DNA of 64,000 bases, from positions 5,255,210 to 5,319,209 of the forward strand of contig CM119266.1 of NCBI GenBank assembly GCA_051294375.1. The letters run 5' to 3'. Each line of letters opens with the position of its first letter. Positions within the stretch are counted from its first letter, which is position 1. The translations under genes were made by a program, and so were the position numbers. Source of the DNA: Paraspadella gotoi. Its lineage: Eukaryota; Animalia; Chaetognatha. This document shows positions 11,239-33,929 of this stretch, piece by piece. The notes under the pieces were generated by a model. It saw nothing but the letters and a program-made list of their open reading frames with translations, had not been told where the DNA came from and did no database searches.

Positions 11239-14200
11239 TATTGATAAAATATTAAAAAAAACCATAAAATTCAGGCCAATGATGATAATGATGATGATTT
11301 TTTATCGTTTTTTTAAATTTTAACCAATTTCTTGTCAAAATTTAAAAAAATTGTAGTACTAACTTTCATTTAACTTTTCAAGCTCTGTAAGAATCCGTTC
11401 TTAAAAAATAAATTTAAATTTTTTTTTTTATTTGTTATATATTGATAAATATTTAAAAGCTTCAGTGCAACAACCCAATGAACTAATTCAAAAAGTTGCA
11501 TTGATAATCGATTTAGTAATAGAAGGAAAAAAGAATTTTTTTGAGAGAATTAGAAGTTATAAAAAGTGTTCAAATTTTGGCCCGCCTTACTGCATAGTCA
11601 AGCTTCATTTTTTTTTGTGATCTAAAACCATTCGAAAGAAAACTGTATTGTTTAAAAACTATCTGTTTCAGGTAGATGCGCGGAGGTTAATTTAGAGCGT
11701 TTATATTGAATTTTGACCAATAGAAAGGAAGGCCAGTTTTTTGCACGCTAAGCCTGTTAAGTCCGGCGGTCATTTGAAATCGTATTAAACAGGACTAATT
11801 AAAATAGATTGTTGGCCTATCGGCTACGGATAATGTTTAAAGCTGCGTTGAAATGGAACTCGTCTCGGCCTGTTATAGTTAGATTTTGGCATTCCTGGAA
11901 ATCAATACGTTCCAGACGGCCTTCCAGAAGTTTTTTTAATAATTTTTTTAACTCAAATTATATTAATATTTATTATCCATTATTCTCTCTTTTCTCTCTT
12001 TTACTCTCTTTTAACCAAATTTCGTTTTCTCTTCAAAATCTTACTAAAATCTGTCTTGAACTTACCCTGACCTCACTCTAAAGCACTGTCCTTTCTCAAT
12101 TCTTTATTGAACACTTTGGTCTCTCTGTTCTCTCTCCCTCCCTTCTCTCTTTTTTTTCTTGTGTTGAATCAGTGAAGTCAGTTTAAAAAGTGTTTCCTAA
12201 CTCTAATCTGCAAATCTGCAAATGGCTTCTACGTAAGTTTTTCTGATTGATTGATTGGTAAAAGAAAACCGACAACAAAACAAGGAAGAAAACGATAAAA
12301 AGACGGCATAGATGACGACGAAGACTGACGCGAAAATGACCGACGAAGACGACGACGAAAACGACGAATGAAGAGGACCGACGAGGAAGACGACAAAGAA
12401 GGCGACGACGAAGACAACGACGAAAAGACGGCAACCGTCAAACCGACGATGAAGAAAACGCACGAAGAAGACAGAAAGCACGACGACGAAGGCATCACAA
12501 TGATACGAAAATGCGACAAAATTGACGAGACGAAAATCGACGATGACAAAGATGACAACGAAATTGAGACGAAAAGTGAATCGTGAAGAGGAAGACAAAA
12601 TCCAAATTTACATCCGAGATTGTCGTTGATTTATTCTCTTTCTTTCTCTCTGCTCTTCTCTCTCTCTCATTCTCTCTCCTTCACTCATACACGCATTAGA
12701 TTTTGTTTTATTTTACTATGAATTGATTCTCGCGTCAATGAATACTATCATCCGTATCAAATGATGATTATCATCACAGTCTATGAAATGACTGTCATTT
12801 CGCATCAATCATTTTGGTTATCATTACATAAAATGGGCGCGTCGCCACGCAAACCTTTGATCTCCTTCCTCCTTGTCCTCCGCCCTTTTTGATTGTCTAT
12901 ACAATCTCCGCCGATTTTTTTCGGTTTTAATTCTGCAACTTGAAAAAATCATGAATAAGCGTGAAAAAGAGTGTAAATTGAGATAAGAAAAAAAATTTAC
13001 GTCGTCGCATTACGCCAACCACTTAAATCAATTTCTTTATAAATTTTCGTTAAATGTTGCCGATACTAATATGTATCTTGTTGTTTGTTTCATGTTAAAA
13101 CTTGGAAATTTTACAAATATAAGATATTTAATTAAATTCAATAAGATGAAAAGTATGAGACAAATCTACTATCGTATAGAATATACGCCTAGAGTCTAGA
13201 AAACTGATGTATAGTGGATTCTAACATAATAGGAAGGAGAATACAGCAAATTTTAATACTCATGACATCAATTTTTCCTAGATGATAGCACAGTAAAAAA
13301 ACTTTCTGTAAAAAAATTATCGACATATGATTGCCGGGAGCATCGGGACTTTTCATGGTTTAAAAGATGGTGAAAAGGTGGGTAAGCAACAGGCTTGGGC
13401 AGTGCTACCATATGTTACTTTAGTTTTCCCCGAATTCTTTTTTTGCATATACTGGTGGTACATAACAAATGTAAACTTTAAAAAATATGGCGGTTACTAA
13501 AATATTTTGTAATATAAAATATTAATGTGTTGTGACTTTAACAGTTAAAAATTATGTTATGTACGTTTTTGTAATTCAAAGATTGATCTCATCTTTCATA
13601 TTTTTGAGTATACAGTAATATTCTTGTAAAATTGGAGTTCTTCTTTTTGTTTGTCGAATTCCCTGATGTTTTTGGGAATTTAGAGAATAAAAATCTCACC
13701 AAACACTTTGGTCCTAATCTTGTTCTCTATCTTTTTCACTCTTTTACTTCTATCATGAATTAATAGAACTTGGTTATAATTACTTATTACTCTTTAAATT
13801 CTATAGATTTTCCTGGCTTTGCTTTTTATAACGTTACTCTTATAGGCCCGATCGCGCCTAATCCGAAAAATCGCCGGATCTAAAGCTTCGGATACTACGC
13901 ATAGTACAATCCTTGTTGGATCAGAAATGAGTTAAAATTTTAAGCGACTAAACAAGAATATGAGGCAAAAAAGTTTGATCGTTTGAAGCCCGATTTTTGT
14001 GTGGCCGTGATCGTTTTTTGTAGATAACTTCGAACGAGATTTATCCCATTTTGAATATAATTTGCATGCAGTATATTGATTCAGAATCTGTCTATCGAGT
14101 GGTGCCAAATTCATTGAAAATATTAATGGTTTAGAAGATGAATGAGTGCCTATAGGCGCAAAAATACAACTAAATGATATTTTATCTATAAGAATGGAGA

Positions 14201-17087
14201 AGGTGGTAGAATAGTTATGAGAGAGCGATTTTGGAAAATGTTACTAGTTTCAAGATGTATTTAGAATTTAATGCAAAATGTATTATTCTTTTTTTTTTCA
14301 GTATGAAGATTAGTGATTGTGAGAAATCTCTCTTCATAGAAGTTGGGACCGCTTGTCTCAAGGGTACATGACCTGTATTTGAAATTAATTGTACGATTAC
14401 AATTGTTACAAATCGGCTGTGGCTGGGGAAAGCAGTCAAGTAAACAGGAAGGAATGTGCTCTGCAAATGAAGTTTATTTATTTCTTTCTCAGTCTTCCGG
14501 TGCAGATTTAATCAGCCAGTTTTGAATGCTGGGAACAGAAACTAATATGTCAAAGCAGAGCATAGGCTGGTCCGTCTTGGAATCCTGTGGCAAGTCTATG
14601 GCACCATTTAGGGTTTGTTTTATCTCTTCTCTGTTATAACTTCAGAATGCCATTTGTACGAATGATGAGATTGTTTGCTAGATTGGTGTGATCGGACGCT
14701 CGCGCTCTTCCGCGCTTATAATGTGTGTTGATGGTCTTCCTGTTTAGGGTTTTTATGTTGATCATGTTGTGCTACGTCGGTTATGTGATGTGTGTTGTTC
14801 CGTCTTTATTCTTTTTTTTGGATGAAGTAACAATGTCTTTGAATTTTACAATTTTACAATTTTAAGTATCATATTTTTTTTGTAATCAAAATGATAATAG
14901 CATCGCCTTACTGATAGGCGTTCTGCTCTCTCTCTACATAAACGGTTTATGTTTTTATCATTAATTAATTGTATAACATAATTGGAATGACGCTGGTTTT
15001 AGTTTCCTAGGTAATTACACTTGAGCGATAGAGTGGCTGTTAATTGAAAAGAAATTTAAAATTGCATTTAAAAAATTGATTACTCGGTGTGAGTGAGAAT
15101 TTTTAAGGTTTACTGATAAAAAATTGCCCGATTTTTTAGTTGCCTCATAAACTGAACCTTAATCAAATTTAGAGTCGTTGTTTTTTTGAGACCGTGAAGT
15201 AGAATACACTTTCTTTGGCATAATAACAGATTCTACAAAGCTTTATGACAATTCTTGTGTTGAATGATTCCCGAGCCTTAACAAGGAAAAAAATTACATG
15301 GAAGAAAAGGTTGGAAACTATGCACCAAAAAAATACTATGTGACTATATAGCTATATATTTTTAAAATTAAAATCAACACCAAACCTATCGAAACACTGG
15401 CACCCAGTGATTTGGTGCGGTGTTAATGGTGAGTGGACGAAGAGCTGACACCGATTGCCGCAGGACATCCCTACCATAATCCCTCCCTAACCTACTTCAG
15501 AACCCTAACAATAAATAAAAAAAATCCCACCTAACCTAATTCAAACCTTAACTTAACCCTAAGCTAATTCGAACCTTAACTTAACCCTAACCTAATTCGA
15601 ACCCTTACTTAACCTTAACTTAAGCTAATTCAGAACCCCAACATAAATCCCTAACCGCAACCTAATTCTACACTCATCTAAACCCTAGTCACTAATACAA
15701 ATCAGTAACTATCTCCGCCTTAATCTACTAATTATAATCCTAGACTTAACATAATCTTTAATTTAAAAATGTCAAAATATTCGAATTATGATAAATACGG
15801 GAGTTTCTGGGAAAATAAGACCAAAAATATCAATGTCGAATGCTTAAGAGTACTTTTTCGTATGGTCCAGAGCAGTGAAATTATCCAGAGAACTCCATTT
15901 TTACTCTCTCCTTATATTGTTTAAATGATAATATATATTTCTAAGTATTGTGTGTTTTATTTTGTTAGCACTTCCGAATAAGTCATATTGATGGGGTGAT
16001 CTATTTATTCAAAATCAAATTTAAATTCATCTCAATAGGAATTTCTAGATTCTTTGAAATGATTCCATGGAAGACAAGTGCATCTGCTAATTTATTGAGA
16101 TAAGAAATTCATTGGTCCTCACATGCGGAAATAGGAAAATAAAACGAAAATCAAATTTAAAGGTAACATGATTTTATTTTTAATTCAGCACCGAATTTCA
16201 GAGACTTCAGTCTCTCTCAATCGTTTATTTTTGTTAAGTAGATAAGATAGAAGGGACCACTTCCAATTACAGAGTCAATATCTCAAATCATTTCTTGATA
16301 ATAAAGTAAAAAAGTAAATATAAGTAAAAACAAAACAATATACTAATATGTCAAATTTTAAATAGAATGCTGAAATTTTTTAGGTGAACCAAATTTCAAA
16401 ATTTTTATGATTTGAGGGGTCCTGTTGCAAGGTCCGTAGGCCTTTTATTCTGATGACGAGACACCTTTTCAGTCGTATGTCCACATTTTGATGCGGGCTA
16501 TGCTGATCCCAGGTGATGCTTGTTAAACCGATAATCTATATCCTGAATAATTGGTACCATAATTATATTCTTACTCAATACATACTAATTATTTGTTTTA
16601 TTCGTAGGAGTTTACCAAAATATATCGAAATAGTATTTTGAGTAAGCGCCTTGAATCCTCCGGATTTCGATATCTTTTCTTCTCCTTTCTGCCAGATGAG
16701 ACGGTATCTATGTTCTCTGTAAGGTCAAATTCGTAGCAGAAAAAGAAAAAAGAAACAGAAGAATAAAAATAAAGATAGAAAGAATCAAATAAGAATGAAA
16801 ATAACGCCACCAATTAATAATCAAATAAAAGAAAACAAGTTTGAGCAAACAATCAATAAAAGAAAACAAGTTTGAGCAAACAATGTCGGATCTGCCCACA
16901 ATAATTAAGGGGTAATACAGCTAAATAAATAAATCCTTCCTGACAGTTATGCTGGACAAATACATGCAAAATATAATTCGGCCAAGAATGATACCAGTAA
17001 AATACAGTGTAAAGTTGAAATTTGGACAAGATACTTGTTTCTCTGAATTCTTGTTCTGAACTAATCGATCATTCTTTTAAATTATAG

Positions 17088-17722
17088 TGAAGAGGCTGGT
17101 TTTACAGGGCGCCACACCGCAGCGGGTTCACCTCGTGGCGACACGAGACAGCATGTTCATGTAGTCAGAGCTTTGGATCTGGCAGTAGGCCATGCCTAAG
17201 GCGGGTTACCCGGTCATCCCACTTTACATGACAACTCAGGGCTCGAACCAGGACGCACATTGGGATGGTGATTAGTCCAGCTGAGCACTGAGGCGCTGTG
17301 AAAGTAACAGCTTTAATCCATCTGTGGTGATAGGACCACCAGACAGCGCCCAGGACCTCTCGATATGAGAGTACGAAGCAGGGGAATGAAGCGAATGTCT
17401 CTCCGCTGAACCTCTCTTCATTCTGGTGGCCTTGCTTTGAGTGGCAGCTGTGTAGCTCAACCACATCAAGGGCAGAGGAGTATTATTCGATGCCCGGGTT
17501 GCGTGTTCGGATCACGTCGGGTCACCATTGAAGAGGCTGGTTTTACAGGGCGCCACACCCGCAGCTGGTGTCACCTCGTGGCAACAGCGAGACAGCATGT
17601 TCATGTAGTCCAGAGCTTTGATCTGGCCAGTAGCCCATGCCCTACAGGCGGGTTACCCGGTCCATCCCACTTTCACATGAAACCTCAGGGCTCGAACCAG
17701 GACGCACATGGGATGGTGCATT
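17088..17722. repeat. GC-rich island with 441-bp period (17088-~17280 repeated at 17529-17722)
   Basis: tgaagaggctggttttacagggcgccacacc starts at both 17088 and 17529. Composition differs sharply from the AT-rich flanks. Confidence 0.85.
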
Positions 17723-17862
17723 AAGCTCTGTGGATTTGGATCCGTTTCTTCGCGTTTTGAACCGAAGAAGTGAGGCAACTGCCAAACAATATTATGAATG
17801 TGTTTACCTTTAAATAATGTACAATGAAATTTATAAACGATTTAATCAAATCAAAAGAAAGA

Positions 17863-17936
17863 GTTATCTCCGGGTTCGATCCCGGGACTTCTTGTTCGTG
17901 AGTTGCGTCTCCTGCTTTATCACCTTGGTACATAAC
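17863..17936 (-). pseudogene. tRNA-like element (pseudo-tRNA or tRNA-derived SINE head)
   Basis: 74 nt: GTTAT...ATAAC acceptor-like stem, T arm CCGGG-ATCGAA-CCCGG resembling a B box, and a CT-CAC-GA anticodon-like loop. The D and anticodon stems pair poorly. Confidence 0.45.
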
Positions 17937-18984
17937 AATAGATATTCAATTATGTTTAGTTATTATAGCATGTTATTATAATTATGTAAAGACAAATGAA
18001 CATCATACCTATTATATTTACTAGATCACACTAGTAGTAGTTTTATGTTTCCATTATTGTAACATCTTCTTACTTTCTCATGTTCGCTTACGCTTTCCGG
18101 ATCGCGTCCACATCTCTGGTGTTCCCTCTCTGAGCCAATGGATTTGGCTGTAGGATGGTGGACGTGAGGCGGTGTGAATATACCGCCACACCAGGACAAT
18201 AAGTGAATAAGTGAATAACCATTCCTCTTCCTGATTAAGTGGAATAACAAGAATCGATTCAAAACGGAAGGACGCGTCGTGATCCAATGTGTCCAAATGT
18301 GGTCGTGGCAGTGAAAAGTGAAAAGTGCAGACGGGATCCAAGATCGAAGAGATTGAAGAAGATTAGATCGATAGAGGGGGAAAGAGAGGGGGGCGACGGT
18401 CGGCGACGGTGGGCGTGGCATTGATTATTCAATTCTGTCGCCGGCTAAGACAAAAAAAAAAAATAAAGAGCAATTCAAACCGTTTCGACGTCGGATTAGA
18501 TTTTAAAATCATTTTTGTTAATTTTAATTCTGAATTAAATAAAATACATATATTTGAATTTTTTATAATTTTTTTAAGTATTTTACTTTACTAATAGATA
18601 TATAATTTCTCGATCGCACATAGCTTTGCGCATTGGATTAGCCATGCAACATCTTGAATATCAAAACTTTACTTTTCGTATATCTCTTATCCGTAATTTT
18701 GATACTGTGTATACTGCGAATGCTCAGTGTTTTTAGCATATTAATTTTTTAAAGGGCTGTACTAATTAACTCAAACGAGTTAAACGACAAACGACAAACC
18801 ATCGATCTTTCAAAAGAATTTTGGATTTTCAAGTTTTTGCTTTTAATTCAATTGAACTAAAAAATCTTCTCATCTTCGTCGTAAAGAGAAATATTTTACA
18901 TATAGAATTATATAATTTTCAATTTTTTGTAAATGACTAGAGTCGCCAAAGATTCTTTGTTTTGAAAGAAAGAAATATGGTACC

Positions 18985-19195
18985 CAGGGGCGGCCCTTTG
19001 CGGGCCTCCCCTGCTCTCCAAAATTTAGTTTTTAGTTTTTCGATAATTGCTCCAGTGCTCAAACTTCACCTCTTCTTTTATTTTTTCTTCTTCTTTTTTT
19101 TCTTCTTTCTTACCTACTTTTTTCTCTATTCTCAGGGCATCCCGAGCCCTCCTGGGCCGGCCTCTCCCGAATGAAACCCCCTCCCGCCGCCCCTG
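18985..19195. mobile_element. hAT-like MITE, 211 bp
   Basis: Perfect 10-bp TIR caggggcggc...gccgcccctg. Flanks atggtacc / atgtactc resemble a decayed 8-bp TSD. CAGGG termini are typical of hAT elements. Confidence 0.6.
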
Positions 19196-19477
19196 ATGTA
19201 CTCCCCCCAACAAAAAAAGAAATTCAAAATTTATAACGATATAATTGACAAAGTTCGAAACCATCTTAAAGCCTATTATTGGAATTAAAAAGTATGAGTC
19301 TTGTCAGGATAATTTGTCATCCTTTCTAGTTTCTTATTTCTTTTTTTCCATTCATAGATTCGAAGGCTTTTGGCATTTTGCTCGTCTTGAAATTTTAAAA
19401 ATAATTTAAGTTTTTTTAATTTTTTTTTTTTTTTTTTTGCCGATCCGTTTCTACTTTGGGTAGGTTTTATTATCCTG

Positions 19478-19694
19478 CGATGTTTTCCAAACGGGCCCAT
19501 TTCAGCTTAAATTCAGAATCAAATTTTCATGTTTAACGATTCGGTCAGGGGTTAAGGGTTAGGTTAGACATTACGGGTTAATTTAGGTTAGTATAAGGTT
19601 ATTGATTTAGGGATTAAATATTAGGATTTAATATTAAAATCATAAAAAAACTGAAGTGTTAGAAACATGAATGGGCCGGTTTAGGAAAATATTG
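19478..19694. mobile_element. MITE-like element with ~25-bp imperfect TIRs and internal ttagg/ttaaggg repeats
   Basis: gatgttttccaaacgggcccatt (19479-19501) versus aatgggccggtttaggaaaatatt (19670-19693). Confidence 0.5.
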
Positions 19695-20260
19695 ACGAAA
19701 TATAGGGTCCTACATGTCTATTAATGGTTATGAGAAATCCATAACATTTAATTCATATTTGAACCATTCTTTTACCAGAGAAGAAATTCTTATGCTCAGT
19801 CGAATGTGACCTTATCTTTATCTCAATCCTCGTCTGCATATTATTAGCTCGATCTGTTTCGGTCCAACACGGTAAGGTCTAATCGATCAAGGTAAGTTTA
19901 ATCAAACCGGTTCGACTGGTCACGTGATAATTATCCTCCTCTTAATTTAATCGAACTAAAAAAAAATTCAGATTTTTTTTCTCAACTTTTTTAACGAAAT
20001 GACATTTAAAAATGTATCATTAGATGTAACATGTGTAATATAAATTCATCCGTTTGTCCATATGTCTTTCTGTCCTTCTAGGCTTCCGTAAACCCAACCG
20101 AGTTTTAAAAATGTGACGTAACGAGACTGATACAGAACTGTGAACTCAGTGAATAGTGAATAGTGAATCTGTGAATTTGAAAATCGCGATTTCATCGTCT
20201 CTTTTGTGATTATGTAATCCTGGTGTAAAGTCTTTGATCAAAGAGCTAACAAAATTTTAA

Positions 20261-20314
<54 letters not shown>

Positions 20315-21582
20315 TCTCTCTCTCTCTCAAGTTCACACACACTTTGGACTTCGACGATTTCTCGCGTTTTTTTTTTTCATTTTTTTTTTCTCACGAAACT
20401 CGATTTTTTTAAAAAGTTTTTTGTTCGCTATTTTTTTTTTTTTTACAATAATTTCACTGGAAGTCAATCGTTAAGTAGTCACGTTTAAAGTCAGCATTAA
20501 GAAATTAATTACAGTTGTGGCGAATTTTATTTGTTAAAGTGATTGTTATATAAACTAATATATATTTATTATTTATTTTTGCAGATCATTTCTGATCATT
20601 TCTTTCGATTCGACATAAAACAAGGTATCTACAATCCCTCTTTCACTATAGATATGTCGCTCCGCGCTTAAAAAAATTCGAAAGAAAGAGAGATATAATA
20701 GAGAAATTTTTGGTTCCTTGCAATTTTTGCACCAGTGTTTGGGCTATCCAACGCCCGCCGGAACAAAGAAAATCCATAAAGGTCTTGACTAAAAAATACT
20801 GAAAATAAACACGGCGCTTAGTCAGAATTCTTGTTAATTTTTTTTTATTTTGCGATATTTACTGTATAAGTCAAATAAATATACAGCGGTCATGCACTGA
20901 TTCTGATTCTGTTGGGTTTAGCCTAACTTTCAAGCACATAACGAAAAAAATAAATTGACGTCATAGTAAGAAATAATAGCAATTAATCCATTTTTTTTTT
21001 CTCAAAATTTTTTTTCATTTTTGTTTCTTACTGTTTTTGCCAAACATGCCCTTTAAAATTATAAAAATAAAGATTAGCTAATGAAACTATGTCTTATGTA
21101 CATTTCGTTGCCGGAACAAAGAAAATTCATTGAAATAACTCATTTTCTTTGCAATTTACCCCTTTATTGATAAAACCCCTTGTATTATAATAAAACATAA
21201 AAACAACAATTTTACATACAGCTACATGCATTAGCGTGGAAAATGACCATTTTTTGTAGATTATTTTTCAACGCGTGGGTCGATTGATTTTAAATGTTAC
21301 ATCATTTCCTATCAGTAAATGTAAAAATATTTAAAATAACATTATAAACGACCAGATAACTTGCCTATCTATTCACTATCTCTAAATATAAATGCATGTT
21401 TTCTTCCTACTCAATCTATAAACTCAACAATTAAAAAAGAATGAAATAAAATTATTAGGTTGCGAATTTGTTGTGAGGTCCTACTCGTATATAACATAAC
21501 AAAAATAAAACAAATGAATAGCTCTTCTTTGATTGATTGTCTAATAGATTTAACTGCTCTATTGATTACCCGATTTGATTGA

Positions 21583-31407
<9,825 letters not shown>

Positions 31408-31955
31408 TCACGTGACCGGAAGTGGGCGTGGCCACAAAGAATTACGATCGTTTCATTCGGCGAGATTTATTTTGGGTTTTTTTCCGCGGGATTTGGACGG
31501 ATTTATAATTTTTGGATTTACATTTATTCACGACGAACTAAATAAACAAAATTTTCGGTGTCGAGTCGAACTCGTATCTTTAAAAAAATACTAATTTGAT
31601 TTATTGTAAATGTTAATTTAATATATATTTGGCTACTCAATGCTTAAATAGGCGAATTTAACGCGACGGGAACGGAAGCCGTGCATGGTTTTTGTTTATT
31701 TTGGACGACTTTCGGGATCCTTAGTTACAAATTAATGTTACGATATTAAAAAAATAATAAAATTAGTACTGATTTATTATTGAATAAAATGAACACAGTC
31801 GAGTAGTAATGTGGAAGTTAGGAAATTGGTTTCCTGAATTATTTTTAAAAAATGACAACTGGAAAAACAAACTACATAATAATTGTTTGAAATCTAATTC
31901 TAGAAGTTCTACTAAAGATGTCGCGGCGGAAAATGAAAATAATTTCAACAAAAGA

Positions 31956-33556
31956 TCAGAGTAACCAAATTTTCGATTCGTTTCCTTCTTCGTCAATTTC
32001 CACGAGTTCTTTGCCTCGATCATCCTCCTCCTCTTCTTCCTCCTCCTCCTCCTCATCAGCCGTAACGCCTTCTCGTTCTTGTTGTTCCTGTTGTTCTACT
32101 TCCTCCACATTCTCGTCTTTGGGATCGAGACACAACAGCGCCTCCTCGTGATCGAAACTCGCGAGATAAAATCCATTCAGCGCCTCAAGATTCGGCTGCG
32201 AGTTCAAGTTGTTGTTATTGTTGTTAGCGGCGTCCTCGGCGTCGTTTTTATCCCCAAAGTCCTCGACGAACGGCGCCGCTTTCCACTCGACTCCGCCACT
32301 CACCGGCGCCTTTTCCAAAAACCCCGGATGTTGGCGCCAATTTCGACGTCTCTCTTCGATCTTAAATCGGTGTCGCTGGAGTCGATCCTCGTCTAAGACG
32401 CGATCCGGTTTCATTCCGATCCGAATGCATTTGCGGAGTCTACAGGATTGACAATCGTTGCGGGTCGATTTGTCTATGAAGCAAGAGTTGGAACGACGAC
32501 AGCTTTTTGGAAAAATGGGGTGGGGGAAATTGGGGGGGTAGTAGGTTAAACCTATTAGCGGTGAAAGTTGGTTGAATCGCGCTTATATTTTTCTGTTTCG
32601 AAAGAGTAACTCGTTTGTTTTTGTGATGCTATTGTTACCATAACCATATTATTTTTTTTTCAATTAGAGGAAAACAGAACTCTTAATAAGTAATTAGCTT
32701 TTTTGATTATTGTCGGGCAGATTAACAAATTGTTATTTTAGTTGGAAAAAAAACATTTTCTTACAGCATTCCGCCTACACCCCATCAAAGCTTTCAAACC
32801 TTTCCTACATAATTCGACGCACCTATACTCAAGCATCTTCTGCATCGATCGACGAAAGAATCCCTTGCATGCTTCGCACGTCAACGCCCCGTAGTGAATC
32901 CCCGACGCGTCGTCCTCGCAAACGCGGCACCGCTCCTTCGGCTGCTGCAGAATCTGCAGATATTGCTGCAGATCGACGCCTTTCGGCAGGATGCTGCGCG
33001 GGCGGAACGTTGGTGCTGCTGCGGCGATGGCTGCGGCGTCGAGGATGGAAGCGGAGGAAGTCGGCGACGACAAATCGGCGCCGATTTCGACAGCAGACGG
33101 AAACGAGACGAGAGATCCGCCCGTCGGCTGCAGCTCCTGCTGCCGCGGAGGGAAGTCTTCGCCTGTCCTTAAACTTACTCGTTCCGCTTCTCTCTCCCTC
33201 ACCATTTCCTCTCTCTCCCTCCCTCTTTCCGCAGCGCCTTCTAAACTCCTCATCCGCGCGCCACGTTCGTGCGTCGCCACGTGACGCCGAAAATCAGCGC
33301 CATCTTCGGATGCGTATCCGCATTTGACGCAAGAGAATTCGCTCTTCTTAAAATGGACGCGAGAATGTCGGTTGAGGTCGCTCGAGTAGTTGGTCGCGTA
33401 GGGGCACAACCTGCATCGAAAGGGCTTCCCGCCCGTGTGCTTCAACTGATGCTTTTTGAGATTAGTTTTGCTTTCGGTGACGTAGTCGCATTGGGCGCAT
33501 TTGTAGCGAGGGGTGAACGGGCGGTGTTGCCAATGCTTGGGCAGGATCGGTTCCAT
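31956..33556 (-). CDS. Chimeric transcription factor: 3x C2H2 zinc finger + nuclear-receptor C4 DBD + acidic tail, no LBD, 426 aa
   Basis: Exons 33556-32823 and 32502-31956 (GT-AG, phase 2). Three C-x2-C-x12-H-x3-H fingers at aa 20-96 with a TGGKPF linker. DBD at aa ~210-275: [66 protein letters not shown], with canonical spacing. About 150 aa of mostly E/N-rich sequence follows, ending at TGA. Confidence 0.92.
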
Positions 33557-33929
33557 GTGGGTTGTTTTTTTTATGAGTCTCAAAAGAAAAAAAATAACAA
33601 TTTTTTGGGATTATAATGGTTGTTTTTTTTTTGTTGTTTTTTTTATCAAACTTAATTCCTTGTAAAGCCCGTTTTTTTCTCTCCTTTATTAATTTCTCCC
33701 GGGTTATTGAATCCAAAACAAGTTTCTTTGAATTTAGTTTTTTGTTCTTATTATAGATCCAGGATCATGTTTCAAATTTTGCTTCCTTTTCCGCTTTGAC
33801 TTCAGGAAAGCAAAAAAACAAAAAATGTAACCGCGAGAAAGGAACTATAAGTAAAACTTGGCTTTTTGGAGTGACCTCTCCTCCTTGTTCCTATATCACG
33901 GTTTCGGGGTTTTCCCTAAAATTAACCTG

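Larger units (their letters stand above)
6941..11788 (+). repeat. Direct duplication in the spacer: 6941-8668 repeated at 9099-11788, the second copy interrupted by a 1 kb insertion
   Basis: Both copies start ctatttcaaagatgagaa(a)gccatattc and end ggtcatttgaaatcg. An N gap at ~8673-8697 lies between them. Confidence 0.92.
958..17087. repeat. Giant inverted duplication: arm 958-~5838 mirrored by ~11855-17087, with a ~6 kb spacer containing an N gap
   Basis: ctataatttaaacagaatgatcgattagttcagaacaag (958) is the reverse complement of the sequence ending at 17087. ggaatgccaaatctaactataacaggccgaga (~5800-5830) mirrors ~11863-11897. Intervening landmarks (TTAGGG-like block, GA and TCG tracts) are colinear. 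The right arm is indel-rich. Confidence 0.95.

Noticed and set aside
14665-15465. Two short inserts unique to the right palindrome arm as new elements
   Set aside because: No TIR or TSD, and they lie in the noisiest part of the arm, consistent with long-read noise.
18058-18249. Possible solo LTR (TGTAAC...ATAACA)
   Set aside because: Flanks attat/agaat do not form a TSD, and there is no second copy or internal domain.
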